Shown here: positions 1 to 13,035 of the stretch, piece after piece
Position numbering within the stretch: the first letter of the stretch is position 1
Layout: each line of letters begins with the position of its first letter
Origin: Octopus bimaculoides
Taxonomy: Eukaryota
Direction: 5' to 3'
NCBI RefSeq assembly: GCF_001194135.2
Contig: NC_068990.1
Span: forward strand, 68,800,653 to 68,864,652
Length of the DNA: 64,000 nt
Notes under the pieces: generated by a model
The model's database searches: none
What the model saw: the letters and a program-made list of their open reading frames with translations, nothing else
What the model was told of the DNA's origin: nothing
Program-made: the position numbers and the translations under genes

Positions 1-91
1 CTCAAGAACACAACGCACCGCCCACTCAGGGATCGAACACACGATCGAGCGATCGTTAGTGCAATTGCCTAACCACTAGGCCACTCACCTT
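1..91 (-). mobile_element. tRNA-derived SINE 5' head (family D-like), cut by the window start
   Basis: Reverse strand reads GGTGAGTGGCCTAGTGGTTAGG...GTGTTCGATCCC (Pol III A-box and B-box), then GCGTTGTGTTCTTGAG, a typical SINE post-tRNA segment. Confidence 0.65.
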
Positions 92-527
92 CACATATAT
101 ACATAAATACAGGGTTAAAATGCACGCGAGTAGCACACATATACATATATGTGTGTGTGCGTGTATTCATGTGTATGTGTGTGCGTTTGCATACATTAAT
201 AAATGCACAGATAGATATACGTACAACATCTTAAATGCCCGAATAGTACATTCATGCAATCTGGAAAAACTACATTTTTAGAAGAAACATCAATCAGGTA
301 ACACGGCTATTTCAAATACAATCTGTAAGCGGAACAGTAAAAATATGCAAGACTTTTCTCAAGTACAGAATGTGAATCTGCTTTTACTATCAAAATTTCA
401 ATCCAGTTACTCCCTTACAGAAAAACCTTCAGATTATGAAAAACATAACAGAACTTACATACATGCAAGGTGGGCTTTTTCGAAATCCTGTGTATGCACG
501 TATATGTGTGTGTACGAAATGCCGATA

Positions 528-970
528 TAGGCATGGCTTTGTGGTGAGGAGCTTGCTTCCCAACAACATGGTTCTGGGTTCAGTCCCACTGCGTGGCATC
601 TTGGGCATGTTTCTTCTACTATAACCTCCGGCCGACCACAGACATGTGAGTGGATTTGGTAGACGGAAACTGAAAGAAGCCAGTCGTGTATATGTATATA
701 TATATATATATATATGTATGTACATATGTGTATATTAATGCGTGTGTGTCTTTGAGTTTGGCGTTGCTCTCTCCCTCACCATCGCTCGAAAACCGATGCT
801 GGCATGTTTACGTCCCCGTAACTTAGCAGTTCGGCCTCAGCGACCGATAGAATAAGCACTGAGCTTTAAAAATAAGTCCATAGGTCGATTTCTTCGATTA
901 AAACCCTTTAAGGTGGTGCTTCAGCATGGTCATAGTCAAATGACTGAACCTAGCTAAAGAATAAAAGAAT
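528..970 (+). mobile_element. SINE family B, full length, with internal (TA)n/(TG)n microsatellite
   Basis: tRNA-like head TGGCTTTGTGGTGAGG...GGGTTCAGTCCC; body GTGGATTTGGTAGACGGAAACTGAAAGAAGCC; tail CAGCATGGTCATAGTCAAATGACTGAA...AAAGAATA; homologous to the copies at 21011 and 39171. Confidence 0.9.
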
Positions 971-1973
971 ATGTACATATTGTTCTATTCAAATATGTTT
1001 CTTCTCCACTCAAATATTTTCTGAAACGTTTACGTTTTATCCACCACAAAGATTAAGAGGCAGCCATATTACATGAAGTTCAAATAATTGTATACTTATT
1101 TTCCAAATAATGATTCCGGTAAATCCTCGTCTTTGACTATTGCCCTCTTTTACCTTTTACCTGTTTCTTTTTTTCTTCTTTTGATGAGGAAGAGGATTTT
1201 TTATAAGAATTCTCAGGTGCGTAGTTGCAAGAGTTGCCAAATACCTTCTTATATAAATATTGATCGATACATATGTATATATAATATACATATGCACGTG
1301 TGTCCTTGTGTGTGTGTGTGCACGTGCGTGCATATGTCTGTATGTGCATGCATGTGTCTTTGCATATGTCTGTATTTATGTCTGTATATGTTTGTGTGTG
1401 TGCGTGTTTACAGATTGTGCATGTATGTTGTAAATATTAGTAAAATATATGTGCATTCGCCTGTAAAATGTATGTACTCATATTTTGTAAATCACAATCT
1501 CAAAATGAAATATAAAAAGAAGGAAAAGAAAGGAATACAAATGCTGAAGAATTCCAAGAAAATGAAATGAAAATTAACATTTTCAGAATAGTTCCCAAGA
1601 TATGTTCTGGCTTTAACAATAACTGACTTAAAATCGATACAGAACTGATTGAAAAAAAAAATGGAAACGAAAGTAACGGAAAGAAACAAACAAACAAAGA
1701 CAGAAAGAAAAAAGACAGAAAGAAAGAAAGGAAGAAAGAAAGAAAGAAAGAAAGAAAAGGAAGAGAGAAAGAAAGAAAAGAGAGAAGAAAGGAGCAGAGA
1801 GAGCGAGAAAGAGCAACAGTGGATGAAAATAATGTCCTTTTTTATGTTGCATTCTGCTGCTAGAATTTCATTGTATGGGTATATAATTGGCATTCTATCT
1901 TGCCTGAAGCTACATGTTACATATATCAAACGTGCATGCATTTATTCTGTATATCAGTCTATACATACATCTA

Positions 1974-2045
<72 letters not shown>

Positions 2046-2994
2046 NNNNNNNNNNNNNNNNNNNNNNNNNNNNNNNNNNNNNNNNNNNNNNNNNNNNNNN
2101 NNNNNNNNNNNNNNNNNNNNNNNNNNNNNNNNNNNNNNNNNNNNNNNNNNNNNNNNNNNNNNNNNNNNNNNNNNNNNNNNNNNNNNNNNNNNNNNNNNNN
2201 NNNNNNNNNNNNNNNNNNNNNNNNNNNNNNNNNNNNNNNNNNNNNNNNNNNNNNNNNNNNNNNNNNNNNNNNNNNNNNNNNNNNNNNNNNNNNNNNNNNN
2301 NNNNNNNNNNNNNNNNNNNNNNNNNNNNNNNNNNNNNNNNNNNNNNNNNNNNNNNNNNNNNNNNNNNNNNNNNNNNNNNNNNNNNNNNNNNNNNNNNNNN
2401 NNNNNNNNNNNNNNNNNNNNNNNNNNNNNNNNNNNNNNNNNNNNNNNNNNNNNNNNNNNNNNNNNNNNNNNNNNNNNNNNNNNNNNNNNNNNNNNNNNNN
2501 NNNNNNNNNNNNNNNNNNNNNNNNNNNNNNNNNNNNNNNNNNNNNNNNNNNNNNNNNNNNNNNNNNNNNNNNNNNNNNNNNNNNNNNNNNNNNNNNNNNN
2601 NNNNNNNNNNNNNNNNNNNNNNNNNNNNNNNNNNNNNNNNNNNNNNNNNNNNNNNNNNNNNNNNNNNNNNNNNNNNNNNNNNNNNNNNNNNNNNNNNNNN
2701 NNNNNNNNNNNNNNNNNNNNNNNNNNNNNNNNNNNNNNNNNNNNNNNNNNNNNNNNNNNNNNNNNNNNNNNNNNNNNNNNNNNNNNNNNNNNNNNNNNNN
2801 NNNNNNNNNNNNNNNNNNNNNNNNNNNNNNNNNNNNNNNNNNNNNNNNNNNNNNNNNNNNNNNNNNNNNNNNNNNNNNNNNNNNNNNNNNNNNNNNNNNN
2901 NNNNNNNNNNNNNNNNNNNNNNNNNNNNNNNNNNNNNNNNNNNNNNNNNNNNNNNNNNNNNNNNNNNNNNNNNNNNNNNNNNNNNNNNNNNNNN

Positions 2995-3179
2995 GTATTT
3001 CGTCTGCCATTACGTTCTGAGTTCAAATTCCGCCGAGGTCGACTTTGCCTTTCATTCTTTCGGGGTCGATAAATTAAGTACCAGTTATGCACTGGGGTCG
3101 ATGTAATCGACTTAATCCATTTGTCTGTCCTTGTTTGTCCCCTCTGTGTGTAGCCCCTTGTGGGCAATAAAGAAATAAG
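2995..3179 (+). mobile_element. SINE family A' (variant with alternative tail), 5' end lost in the gap
   Basis: B-box GAGTTCAAATTCC and body GGGGTCGATAAATTAAGTACCAG; tail TTTGTCCCCTCTGTGTGTAGCCCCTTGTGGGC also present, inverted, at about 63345-63385. Confidence 0.85.
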
Positions 3180-3380
3180 AAACGTTGGCACACAGGGCGA
3201 AATGCTTAGCGGTATTTCGTCTGTCTTTACGTTCTGAGTTCAAATTCCGCCGAGGTCGGCTTTGCTTTTCATCCTTTCGAGGTCGATAAATTAAGCACCA
3301 GTTGCGTACTGGGGGCGTTCTAATCGACTAGCCTCCACTCCAAAAATTTCGGGCCTTGTGTCTAGAGTAGAAAATAATAT
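3180..3380 (+). mobile_element. SINE family A
   Basis: GGCGAAATGCTTAGCGGTATTTCGTC...GAGTTCAAATTCCGCCGAGG...GGCCTTGTGTCTAGAGTAG; matches the copy at 27018-27240. Confidence 0.9.
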
Positions 3381-3673
3381 TGAGACGAACGATGCATATT
3401 TTTGCATTAAAAAATTAGTACCATACAGACGTACTTATTGAGAAGAGACTAGATTGGCTAAAGAGAGAAAGAAGACGGCAGAAATGAAACAGAGAGGGAT
3501 AAAAAATGAAAGTAATTAGAATGAAAATATAGAACAAAGGGTGCAAAGGTGAAATGAATGGATATAAAGACATGTTTAAGATATAGAAGTCAAAGCAAAT
3601 ACATTCATTAAAAAAGTGTAAGAGGAAAAGAAACATCGAAGAAAATAATGGTAAAATTATAATTAACAATAGT

Positions 3674-3880
3674 TTCGATTTTTGGCAAATGCCAGGAATT
3701 TCAGAGAAGGGAGTAAGTCAATTACATTGGCCCTAGTGTTTAAGTGGTACTTATTTTATCAGCCCCGAAAGGATGAAAGGTATAGTCAGCCCCGACGGCA
3801 TTTGATCTCTGAATGTAAAGACGGGAAAAATGCCGCTAAATATTTTGCCGGCACAGTAACGTTTCTGCCAGCTCGCCGTC
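3674..3880 (-). mobile_element. SINE family A (diverged)
   Basis: Reverse-complement homology to family A; ends ...TTCTGCCAGCTCGCCG on the + strand. Confidence 0.85.
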
Positions 3881-4483
3881 TAAAAAACTTATTTTTAATA
3901 TTAAAATACACAGAGTAATTATTTAAAATTATCAAGAGTTGTATTATAGGGATTATGCATGAGAATTGCTTGGTTTAAATGGAGGTTCATAGAAAGGAGA
4001 ATTTGTTACTACCCTTGCGCCAATAGGAATAACTAAAAATAGCTAAAAGATTATCTTAATTAATAAATATGTCCACATTAACCTTTAGACCTAAACAATT
4101 TTTCGAGATATTTTTTATAATCAAACTGCTTCGCCGGTTTGCATGGATTTGCCCGACTGATCAAGTCCCCCATCATGATGCGACAACATTCGAAAGTGCA
4201 ATATTCCGTGTCTGTTTTGGTGATCTACCGAAATGTTTTGTGGAATTTAAATGAGCGATGAGATGCCGAGATAAATATAACACAGAATTGCTTTTAAGAC
4301 TCACTAATCTTAGTTCAGTTACTTATATGGATATTAGTTTAAACTTAAATACGAATAAATTCCGCCATTAAGGAAAAATCAGCAGGATCAGACTATAACA
4401 ATAATATTCTAATCGCCCGCCTAATATTCTAATATTTATTTTGAATCATATTTTCTAATGTTGATAAACATTATCTTGATATT

Positions 4484-4684
4484 CTTTTCTATTCTAGGCA
4501 CAAGGTTCGACATTTTGGGGGAGGGGACCAGTCGATTAGATCGACCCCAGTACGCAAATGGTACTTAATTTATCGACCACGAAAGGATGAAAGGCAAAGT
4601 CGACTTCGGCGGAATTTGAACCCAGAATGTAAAGTAAGACGAAATACTGTTAAGCATTTCGCCCGGTGTGCTAGCATTTCTGAC
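4484..4684 (-). mobile_element. SINE family A
   Basis: + strand GAAAGGATGAAAGGCAAAGTCGAC...GGAATTTGAACCCAGAA is the reverse complement of the family A body and B-box. Confidence 0.9.
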
Positions 4685-5650
4685 ATATCTTGATATTATT
4701 TTCAAATAATAGTCTTTATGAACATGTCTTATTATTATATTGAATCACTCTGCAGAAGTAGTTTTAAAGGACTAAATACAACAGGAGAATTTTTGAATGC
4801 CTGCAAATACGCCTTGAAATATCTGGTGTCTAACTTCTCAACGCGTAACATAATTTCTTTGACATTTTTAAAAGTCACTCATATCAGAAACCAACATTTT
4901 ATGACACTTTCCATCACCTCACATGACCGAAGACTTCTGAGATATATTCTGTAAATTTTCAAGTCACCTCCCTTGCAAGCCCCACACAATTTTGACTCTT
5001 ATTTTTATATGGTAAAAGTTACTTTACATATAATTACTTTCGTTTTTCTTTCATTTTTTCTAACCTTCTAATTTCTATAAAAACTAACAATATCATTTTT
5101 TCTAGTATTTATTTGTTAATACATGTTTCGTACTTATATGTGTGTGTAGGGAGTATATATGGAGATACATATAACATACCTTCTACATGCACATATTACA
5201 AAAAAATTTCCACGTATATGAACATGTTTGTGCGTGTACGCACGTGTGTATGTGTGTGTGCACGTGTTTTTATGTGAGTGTATTTAATACTTTAGGAAAA
5301 ATGCAATAAAATATGAATCCATATATAAAAGCTAAAAATGACAAAATGTTTCAGATATCTATTTGACAATAAACTATCAATAATATTAGAACACCGAGAT
5401 TATTGGAATGATTTTTGAACAGTCAATATCGTTTTGTAAATTGTTGCAATCTTCCATTCCGTTTTACCTCATTACTTGGATTCCCGCATTCCTTTCGTTA
5501 ACGGATTTTCTTATCTAGTGTTCTTTTTCGTCTTCGCTTTGGTTTTCGTTGTCACGCTGCGCCATTGATTGGCCGTGTTTGTATGATTGTCTACAGGTGC
5601 ATGTATATACATAAGTGTGTTGCTACACACACACACGTGCACGCACACAA

Positions 5651-5692
<42 letters not shown>

Positions 5693-5883
5693 GCGTATGT
5701 ATATGTGTATGTATCGTATTTATTCGAGTATAAGTAGCTTCCTTAATTTGGTGTTAAATTTTCGCACAAAATAATTTTCTGTCATAGTTTTTAGCAGTGC
5801 TCTGTTCATTAGTTACCTCCCACCAGGTTTTTTTCAGTTAAAATCAAGTACAAAATAGTGCGACTAATGCACGAGTGAATATC

Positions 5884-5918
<35 letters not shown>

Positions 5919-6084
5919 TACGTACGTATGTATGTATGTATGTATGTATGTATGTATGCATGTATATGTATGTATGTATAGAATAGACATATAATGTTTA
6001 TAAATAATCATGCCTATACACGCATGTCTACGAATATACACATACAACTTGTATGCATATATATGTTTGTATGTGCGTATTCCC

Positions 6085-6200
6085 TTTGTAATGGATCTCC
6101 GTTGTTTAACGATGACGATTCGTTTGTTCGATCAACAGAGTTACCTGCTTCTGAATTAACGCGTAGGTGGCTGAATATTCCACAGACATGTTACCTGAAC
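6085..6200 (-). mobile_element. Old fragment related to the 3' segment of SINE family C
   Basis: Reverse strand GTCTGTGGAATATTCAGCCACCTACGCGTTAATTCAGAAGCAGG...GTTGATCGAA aligns by eye with about 58120-58185. Confidence 0.6.
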
Positions 6201-6875
6201 GCTATTCTAAGAGATTGCTTTCTTACTCGATGAATTCACCGAGGAAAAAACAAAGCGGTGAGTAGAAGATTTACTTTTTTCAAAATACGAAGGGGTTTTC
6301 ATACGTCATCACAAAATCTGTTGGATTAAAGCTTGGCCTACGTTTGACGCAAGAATTGCTCCATAACTTTGGAACAAGGTATATGAAAGAGCGTATCATT
6401 TCTTTAAAACTAAGACGAGACGAACATGAACGGTGCTTTCCACAGGTTACTGTTATAATACATGAGGGTGACTTAACAAAATGAGCACAACTACAGACAT
6501 TGGTATAGATTTTCAATCTTGACTTGTCGTTACAGTTATGGTTGAGTACTGAAAGGTAGTAAGCGCCGAGTCGTTACACTGCAACATGTAACTAACGATT
6601 TATGACCTGCATATGTATGGAAGTCATCATTACCACCAAATATCACAAGTCTAGTCCCAAATTAATCTCCATTGTATATCTACGCAATTGTTTATGAGTG
6701 TATGAATAGCGCATTTTCATCCCAGTTGATAACAACTGCTGTTAGAGTTAGTGATGTTAATAAATTAAACTTTACTCTGTACAGCATTCAGAACAGCACA
6801 ACCCACTTGAATCTGTGATCCAAATTCAAGTCACAGGCTCTTATGAGTTACTTCCCGTGTGTACAAGTGTGTTTA

Positions 6876-6907
<32 letters not shown>

Positions 6908-7136
6908 AGTAATTGAGGGAGATAAACGTACCTCCGTTAGTTATTCGCTAAAACAAACATGACATCTTTGGAGAGTCATTATAGCCATTTACAACACACA
7001 CAGATGTTTGTAAATTCACTCCTGCTTAAATCTGTAATAGTATTAATACTATGACGTCAACGTTCTTTTACGAGTGAATAGCTTCTGTTTCAAGTCACGC
7101 ACTGTGATCAAATCAGTTGCCAAACTCGTACAATTC

Positions 7137-7184
<48 letters not shown>

Positions 7185-7857
7185 NNNNNNNNNNAAAAAA
7201 AAAAAACACACACACACATCTATGTATGAATATTGGTAGGTAGGTAGGTAGGTATAAGCACGCTAGCAACACGCTCGGTATTCTTTGGATCCTCAGACAT
7301 GTCTAAAAGGAAATTCTTCATGCAAAAATCTATCAAGAAACGAAATATTTTAAAATATTTTCTTTTATTTATTTCTTTTTTCTGGATTTTCCAATATCGT
7401 TTCTTGTTTTCTTCTAAATCGAGCCTGCCCTCTCCTTGTTCCTACGTAATGCATATTCACTGTTACCATAGTAACGGAAAATGGATAAAACAGACATTTC
7501 AGTTTTATACCTACACGAGAATAAATAGTAAATTCATAAAACTAGAGGTTTACCTATTAGTGCTGGAGACCAAAGATTGAAAACTAAGGATGGAACAAGA
7601 CAAAAAGTTTAAGTGAAATGCCAAGGAGATTTACAAACGTGTCAGAATTTAACAAACCAACGCGAATCAATATATCAGAACACTATATTATAATGATTAA
7701 TGTGAACTGAAGAAAAAATATTTTTTTAAATGTTTCTAACTATAGCTGAAGTCGTTTCTCGGTGTTGAAAACATACAACACTGCTTTTTAATTATCTTGA
7801 TATCAGAAATATATTTTATTGCAATATGTATATAAACATGTGTGTGTGTGGGTGTGT

Positions 7858-7902
<45 letters not shown>

Positions 7903-8754
7903 NNNNNNNNNNNNNNNNNNNNNNNNNNNNNNNNNNNNNNNNNNNNNNNNNNNNNNNNNNNNNNNNNNNNNNNNNNNNNNNNNNNNNNNNNNNNNNNNNN
8001 NNNNNNNNNNNNNNNNNNNNNNNNNNNNNNNNNNNNNNNNNNNNNNNNNNNNNNNNNNNNNNNNNNNNNNNNNNNNNNNNNNNNNNNNNNNNNNNNNNNN
8101 NNNNNNNNNNNNNNNNNNNNNNNNNNNNNNNNNNNNNNNNNNNNNNNNNNNNNNNNNNNNNNNNNNNNNNNNNNNNNNNNNNNNNNNNTTTGTAAGTACA
8201 GATACGTGTTATATAAATACATATATATATATGCATATACAAGTGCATGTACAATGAATATATGTTTGTAAGTACAGATACGTGTTATATAAATACATAT
8301 ATATATATGCGTACACACAAATGTACCTACGCAGGCAAATATAGCTGTATATACACAGAAAAACAAACACACATTTATACACACACTCGCATATATACAT
8401 GCACACACACATACACATACAATCTATTTGATTCCATTACTATTCCACTTTGCAATTACAACTTGGATTGCTAATGTTACATCGAATGTGCTTCATTTTA
8501 AAATTTAGAATTGTACATTTGAAATTTAATTTCATGCATGAGAGATGAATGTATATATATCAGAGCTATACACATTAATAGTATCCTGATTATTTTCAAG
8601 ATATCAATATCTTTGGCACCAGAGGGTGAGCTAATTTGGAGAAATACCATTGATACTTAAATCTTTATGATCGTGTGATCGTCAGTCAACATTTCCGAAC
8701 AGACATACTAATGTACACACATACACACACACATTCATATATATGCATACATAC

Positions 8755-8870
<116 letters not shown>

Positions 8871-8908
8871 GAGAGAGAGAGTCTGTGTGTGAGAGAAAGA
8901 GAGAGAGA

Positions 8909-8976
<68 letters not shown>

Positions 8977-9559
8977 TGCACATACATGTCACTCGCAGAT
9001 GCATATATTCACATATACCAATATACATCTCCTCATCAAGAAATAATTTATGCATACATTTAATTCATTTTTCTCCGTTCACTAATTAATTCAGAAAGAC
9101 ACCATTTAGTTCAGTTGAAGACAAGTGATAAAATATGAAAAATATTTTAATGAAATAACTAAATCCAGCGAAGCCATTCTTCACAAGCTGCAATTAAGCA
9201 AGACATGAGCAATAAACAATTTCAATTTAGTCTCGGTTGTGTGGCCACGTGAAGACGTACAACACTAGCAAAACAATTGTTATTTTGTATTTTGTATTTT
9301 TTTGTCAAATCAATCATTATCGCCATCTTTACGCTAATCATTATTATCATTATAACATTTTCATTAATTTCACTTCCTCAACATTGCCAGCATCTTTACA
9401 ATCACTGTTATCATCAACATCACATCCTTCATCAATGCAATTATCATTATTACGATAAATACCATCAGAAAACTTATAAGCAGCTTACATATGCTATGAC
9501 GTCATTCATGATATCGCATGCATCAATAGGTTTTCTTTTAGAATTTATCAGATTTTGGG

Positions 9560-9890
9560 GTTTGTGTCAACTGGGGGAAATTTGTTCAGATTATTTCTTA
9601 GAATGGGGCTGGTTTCGTTTCCTTAATAATCAGCTTTTGCTTTGTTCTTGTTATTGTATTTGTCTGTAAGGTCAAGTGACCGATTTGTAGGTGGTGTTCT
9701 GTCTAGAATTAGCCATGTAATATCTGTATTATCTCCTCCTTGTCTCCAGCTAATACATTTTCAAGATGTCTTTATTTCTAAAGACAGAACTGTAGACATT
9801 TGAAATACTTTAGCATTTCAACTGTTAGTCATCCTACACAAGCTCGACATACTGTTTAATATCACAACTGAATGGCTTGCATGGTTTTGA
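9560..9890 (-). pseudogene. Decayed Penelope-like element GIY-YIG endonuclease C-terminal fragment
   Basis: Manual minus-strand translation gives KQYVELV...SSVFRNK...DITWLILDRTPPTNRSLDLTDKY with stops. This resembles the PLE endonuclease pattern YIGLT...FK.R..NH.SSFR...ITWSILDRA.PY....C.LCLTEK. Motif recognition only, no search run. Confidence 0.5.
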
Positions 9891-12800
9891 GGAAAATTTA
9901 CAGAGCAGTTCGCATCAGCTGAGAACCCGAAGACGATTTCTGTTCTGTATAGTTTTTATCTGCTTTCTGAAATTGTCAATGTTATCTTCGTTCGTGCTAA
10001 CCGCTGTCAGAACGCCGTCCCTCCTGTATAGCCCGCACTATTGTCATCAATCATACGCTCGATAATGGTTGGTAAGGAGACCTACTAATTGTCTATATCT
10101 TAAGCCGGTTGTAAATGTTCATGGTAACATTAAAATCTCCAGCACAAGCTAACCGTATACAACATGCATCCATGCTTAAACGGGGAGAGAACCTGGCATT
10201 TATGATGAGAAAGTCATTCCGCATGAATTTTGTAGATATCTTTTGTGAAGTGAATTAGGTTTAAAGGTTGTTTATTAGTTACTGAAGGCCCACCTGTATC
10301 AAATTGGATTGATCAGCGATTATGATTGTTTTCAATATAAAAGAAATATTTGATAACAGCTCTAACATTATAACATTTATTCAATCTTGTTCATAAATTC
10401 TTCAAGGATGAGTACAAATGCCTGTGTATGATCTTTACAGATGTTTTCAAACTAGCGGTGAAGTTGAGGCAGCTGATGTTGTGCCTCAACGTCTGGAGAA
10501 CAATATCCACGAGGTAAAACATACGGAGGAAAACATACTCCACGCTTCTAGAAAAAATGACACCGTAAACTAGGTTATAATATAAAACACAGTAGCTTGT
10601 TAGATATCAGCCATTTCTATGAAATCCCTGAATTGTTTATTTGCAATATTTTCATATATTTTTCTGTGAAGTTAAAGGAAGACTAGCGTGCAACATGCAA
10701 TACAACAAGACCCAGGTCATCTGGTCACCTTAAAAAAGTCAAGCCATTGTAAACCGACTACTTTTCAGCACACTGATAGCTAAGTATAGTTGTTCTGCTA
10801 CCATTTTAAGTATGTTTTTCTATGATATCAATTATCACATGTACGTATTATTAGAGGCTATACAGTAATGTAAGGGTCTACTGTGAATGTTTGTGTTTTT
10901 TCCCACGATCATACATAAGCAACCGCAGTAGTCAATAATCCGTCCGTCGGTCATCTTCAACCACCATTTCCTAGCAGACGTGAGACTAAACAACAAAATC
11001 TTTACCTCTAAAGATGGTCATGTGCACGACCGAAATTTCAGTTTACAAATGTCATTCTCATCTTCTTCCACTGCCATAAGAAATATATTCCACACTCTTC
11101 CTACTCTGACAGATTGTGGGGTTGCAAATCATAAACACTTCGACATTACATTGGTTTTTAAAATATATACAGCCAGTTATTTATGTAACAAAACGTGTGA
11201 CGAGTTGATTTGATATCCCACATGAATATATCTGTATGTGGCATCCTCTACACGCTGGCAGTATACTTAAATACAGTATTATATAGCATTTATGTATATA
11301 CAAAACATGGAACTGTACTGGTTGTATAATCTTGTCTCAGAGAAAATGTGTATGGAAATACATATACACATATTCTATGATAGTAATCATCATCCTTCTG
11401 TGTGTCAAAGCATTCACCTGAGTGTGTGTGGGGGCGGCTGTGTGTGCCTGTGTGTATTTTGTAAATTCAGAAATAGATTGATTGATGTAAACACAGCATG
11501 GAACACCTTCCTCTTGAGACACCAGTTTTTTTTTTGTTTTTTTTTACCAAAACATGACTACTCAGAAATTAATGTTTTTTTGTTTTTTTCTTAAAGTCTT
11601 AAAACTTTGTTCCAACTCAGCTTTACTATTTGCTGCTTTAAGCTTAATGCAATGCCGGTTCTGATTATGTATGTCTCGAACGAACTATTCAAATCTGAAA
11701 TAGGAGTAGAATAACTACTATGTTCTTTCTTACGTAAAATTTGTGAGATCACGTCATGGAAACGCATTGAATATAAGTATATTCTAAACAAGCATGCTGC
11801 ATTCAGGGATTAACATATGCCTTGTTAATGCGCAAGCTCATTGATAATCGTTGTCTGAACGCTCTGTTTACTCTAACCAAAGAAACTTAAGTGAAATAAG
11901 GAAATAATGTGAAATCCACTTTCTGTTACTGTGTAACTGTCCAAACTATGGATCACCTGCTGGTTTTGCCAATTACTGAACTCTTCCACGTTGCAGGAAT
12001 GGTTTGAGTAAATAATACAAAGAATATGTAAGATGGCTTACAAATATAAAGAAATATGATATAGACACGAAACAATAATAATTGGTTATCTGTATGATTC
12101 ACTTCTCAAAACCAGAAGAGAGATAAACTTCAAATTGGTGTGTTCACATTTAAGTTAACTTAAACATGCAATTCAGATCGTGTTTACTCAAACCTAAAAA
12201 CAAATATATTATCACATTAATATGGAATATATCCACACGTGCTTGCAAACTAATCTCTCCCCACCTCTCACTCTTTCTTTCTCTCCCCCTCTCTCACTCT
12301 TTCTTTCTCTCCCCCTCTCTCACTCTTTCTTTCTCTCCCCGCCTCTCTCTCTCTCCCTCTCTCTCTCCCTCTCTCTCTCTCCCTCTCTCTCTCGATTTAT
12401 TCCTTAGATATTTGTCATAATAGGGAACATGGGTCTTCTTGAAAGGTGTTTACAACCAATTCTACAATGTATGTGTGTGTGTGTACATACAGATATATAA
12501 ATGTATGTATGTAGGTATGTATGTAGGTATGTATGTATGTATGTATACAATGTTCTGGCTTATTCACTACTATGTATATCATAATTTATCATCATCCAAG
12601 GTAGCTAGATTGTAGAGAGAGGAGTTGCCAGAATTCATTAAAGATTTTGCCACTTGCATCACACAAAGTAAATATGGTTATTTAGTGAATTTGCCTATAA
12701 GTATGATTTTTTTACATATATGCATCCGTTTCATTACCTTCAAAAGGCGATATAGAACTTGATTAACATCCCCAATCTATTGCTTGCTACAAGAATTTGT

Positions 12801-13035
12801 CTCATTATTTTGAAACACTATACGGCGTGTTCTATTCGCAAAAAAGAAAATAATAAAAGTGACAAGAGAATCTCTTCCCTTCTCTTCCCCCCTCTCTCTC
12901 TCTCTTTCTCCGACCATTCCATCTACTTGTCTACAATTTGGATATCTAACATCTTATATCGAATGCTAACATGTTATTACCTCTTTCATTCTCTCTCAAT
13001 CTACCTATATATTTGTTGTTTATGTTGTTGTTTAT

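Noticed and set aside
1649-3191. Long ORFs of 366-485 aa, and all other X-containing ORFs
   Set aside because: They span N gaps (for example 2046-2994, 7903-8188, 14055-14370, 21449-21914, 22748-23297, 48177-48804, 52483-52878, 54062-54597) and translate microsatellites; they are not genes.
7052-7059. CRE palindrome TGACGTCA, also at 9497-9504
   Set aside because: An 8-mer expected about once or twice by chance in this length; no promoter context shown.
8189-8310. 76-bp-offset exact duplication of about 46 bp
   Set aside because: Begins exactly at a gap edge and is microsatellite-like; probably an assembly artefact or slippage.
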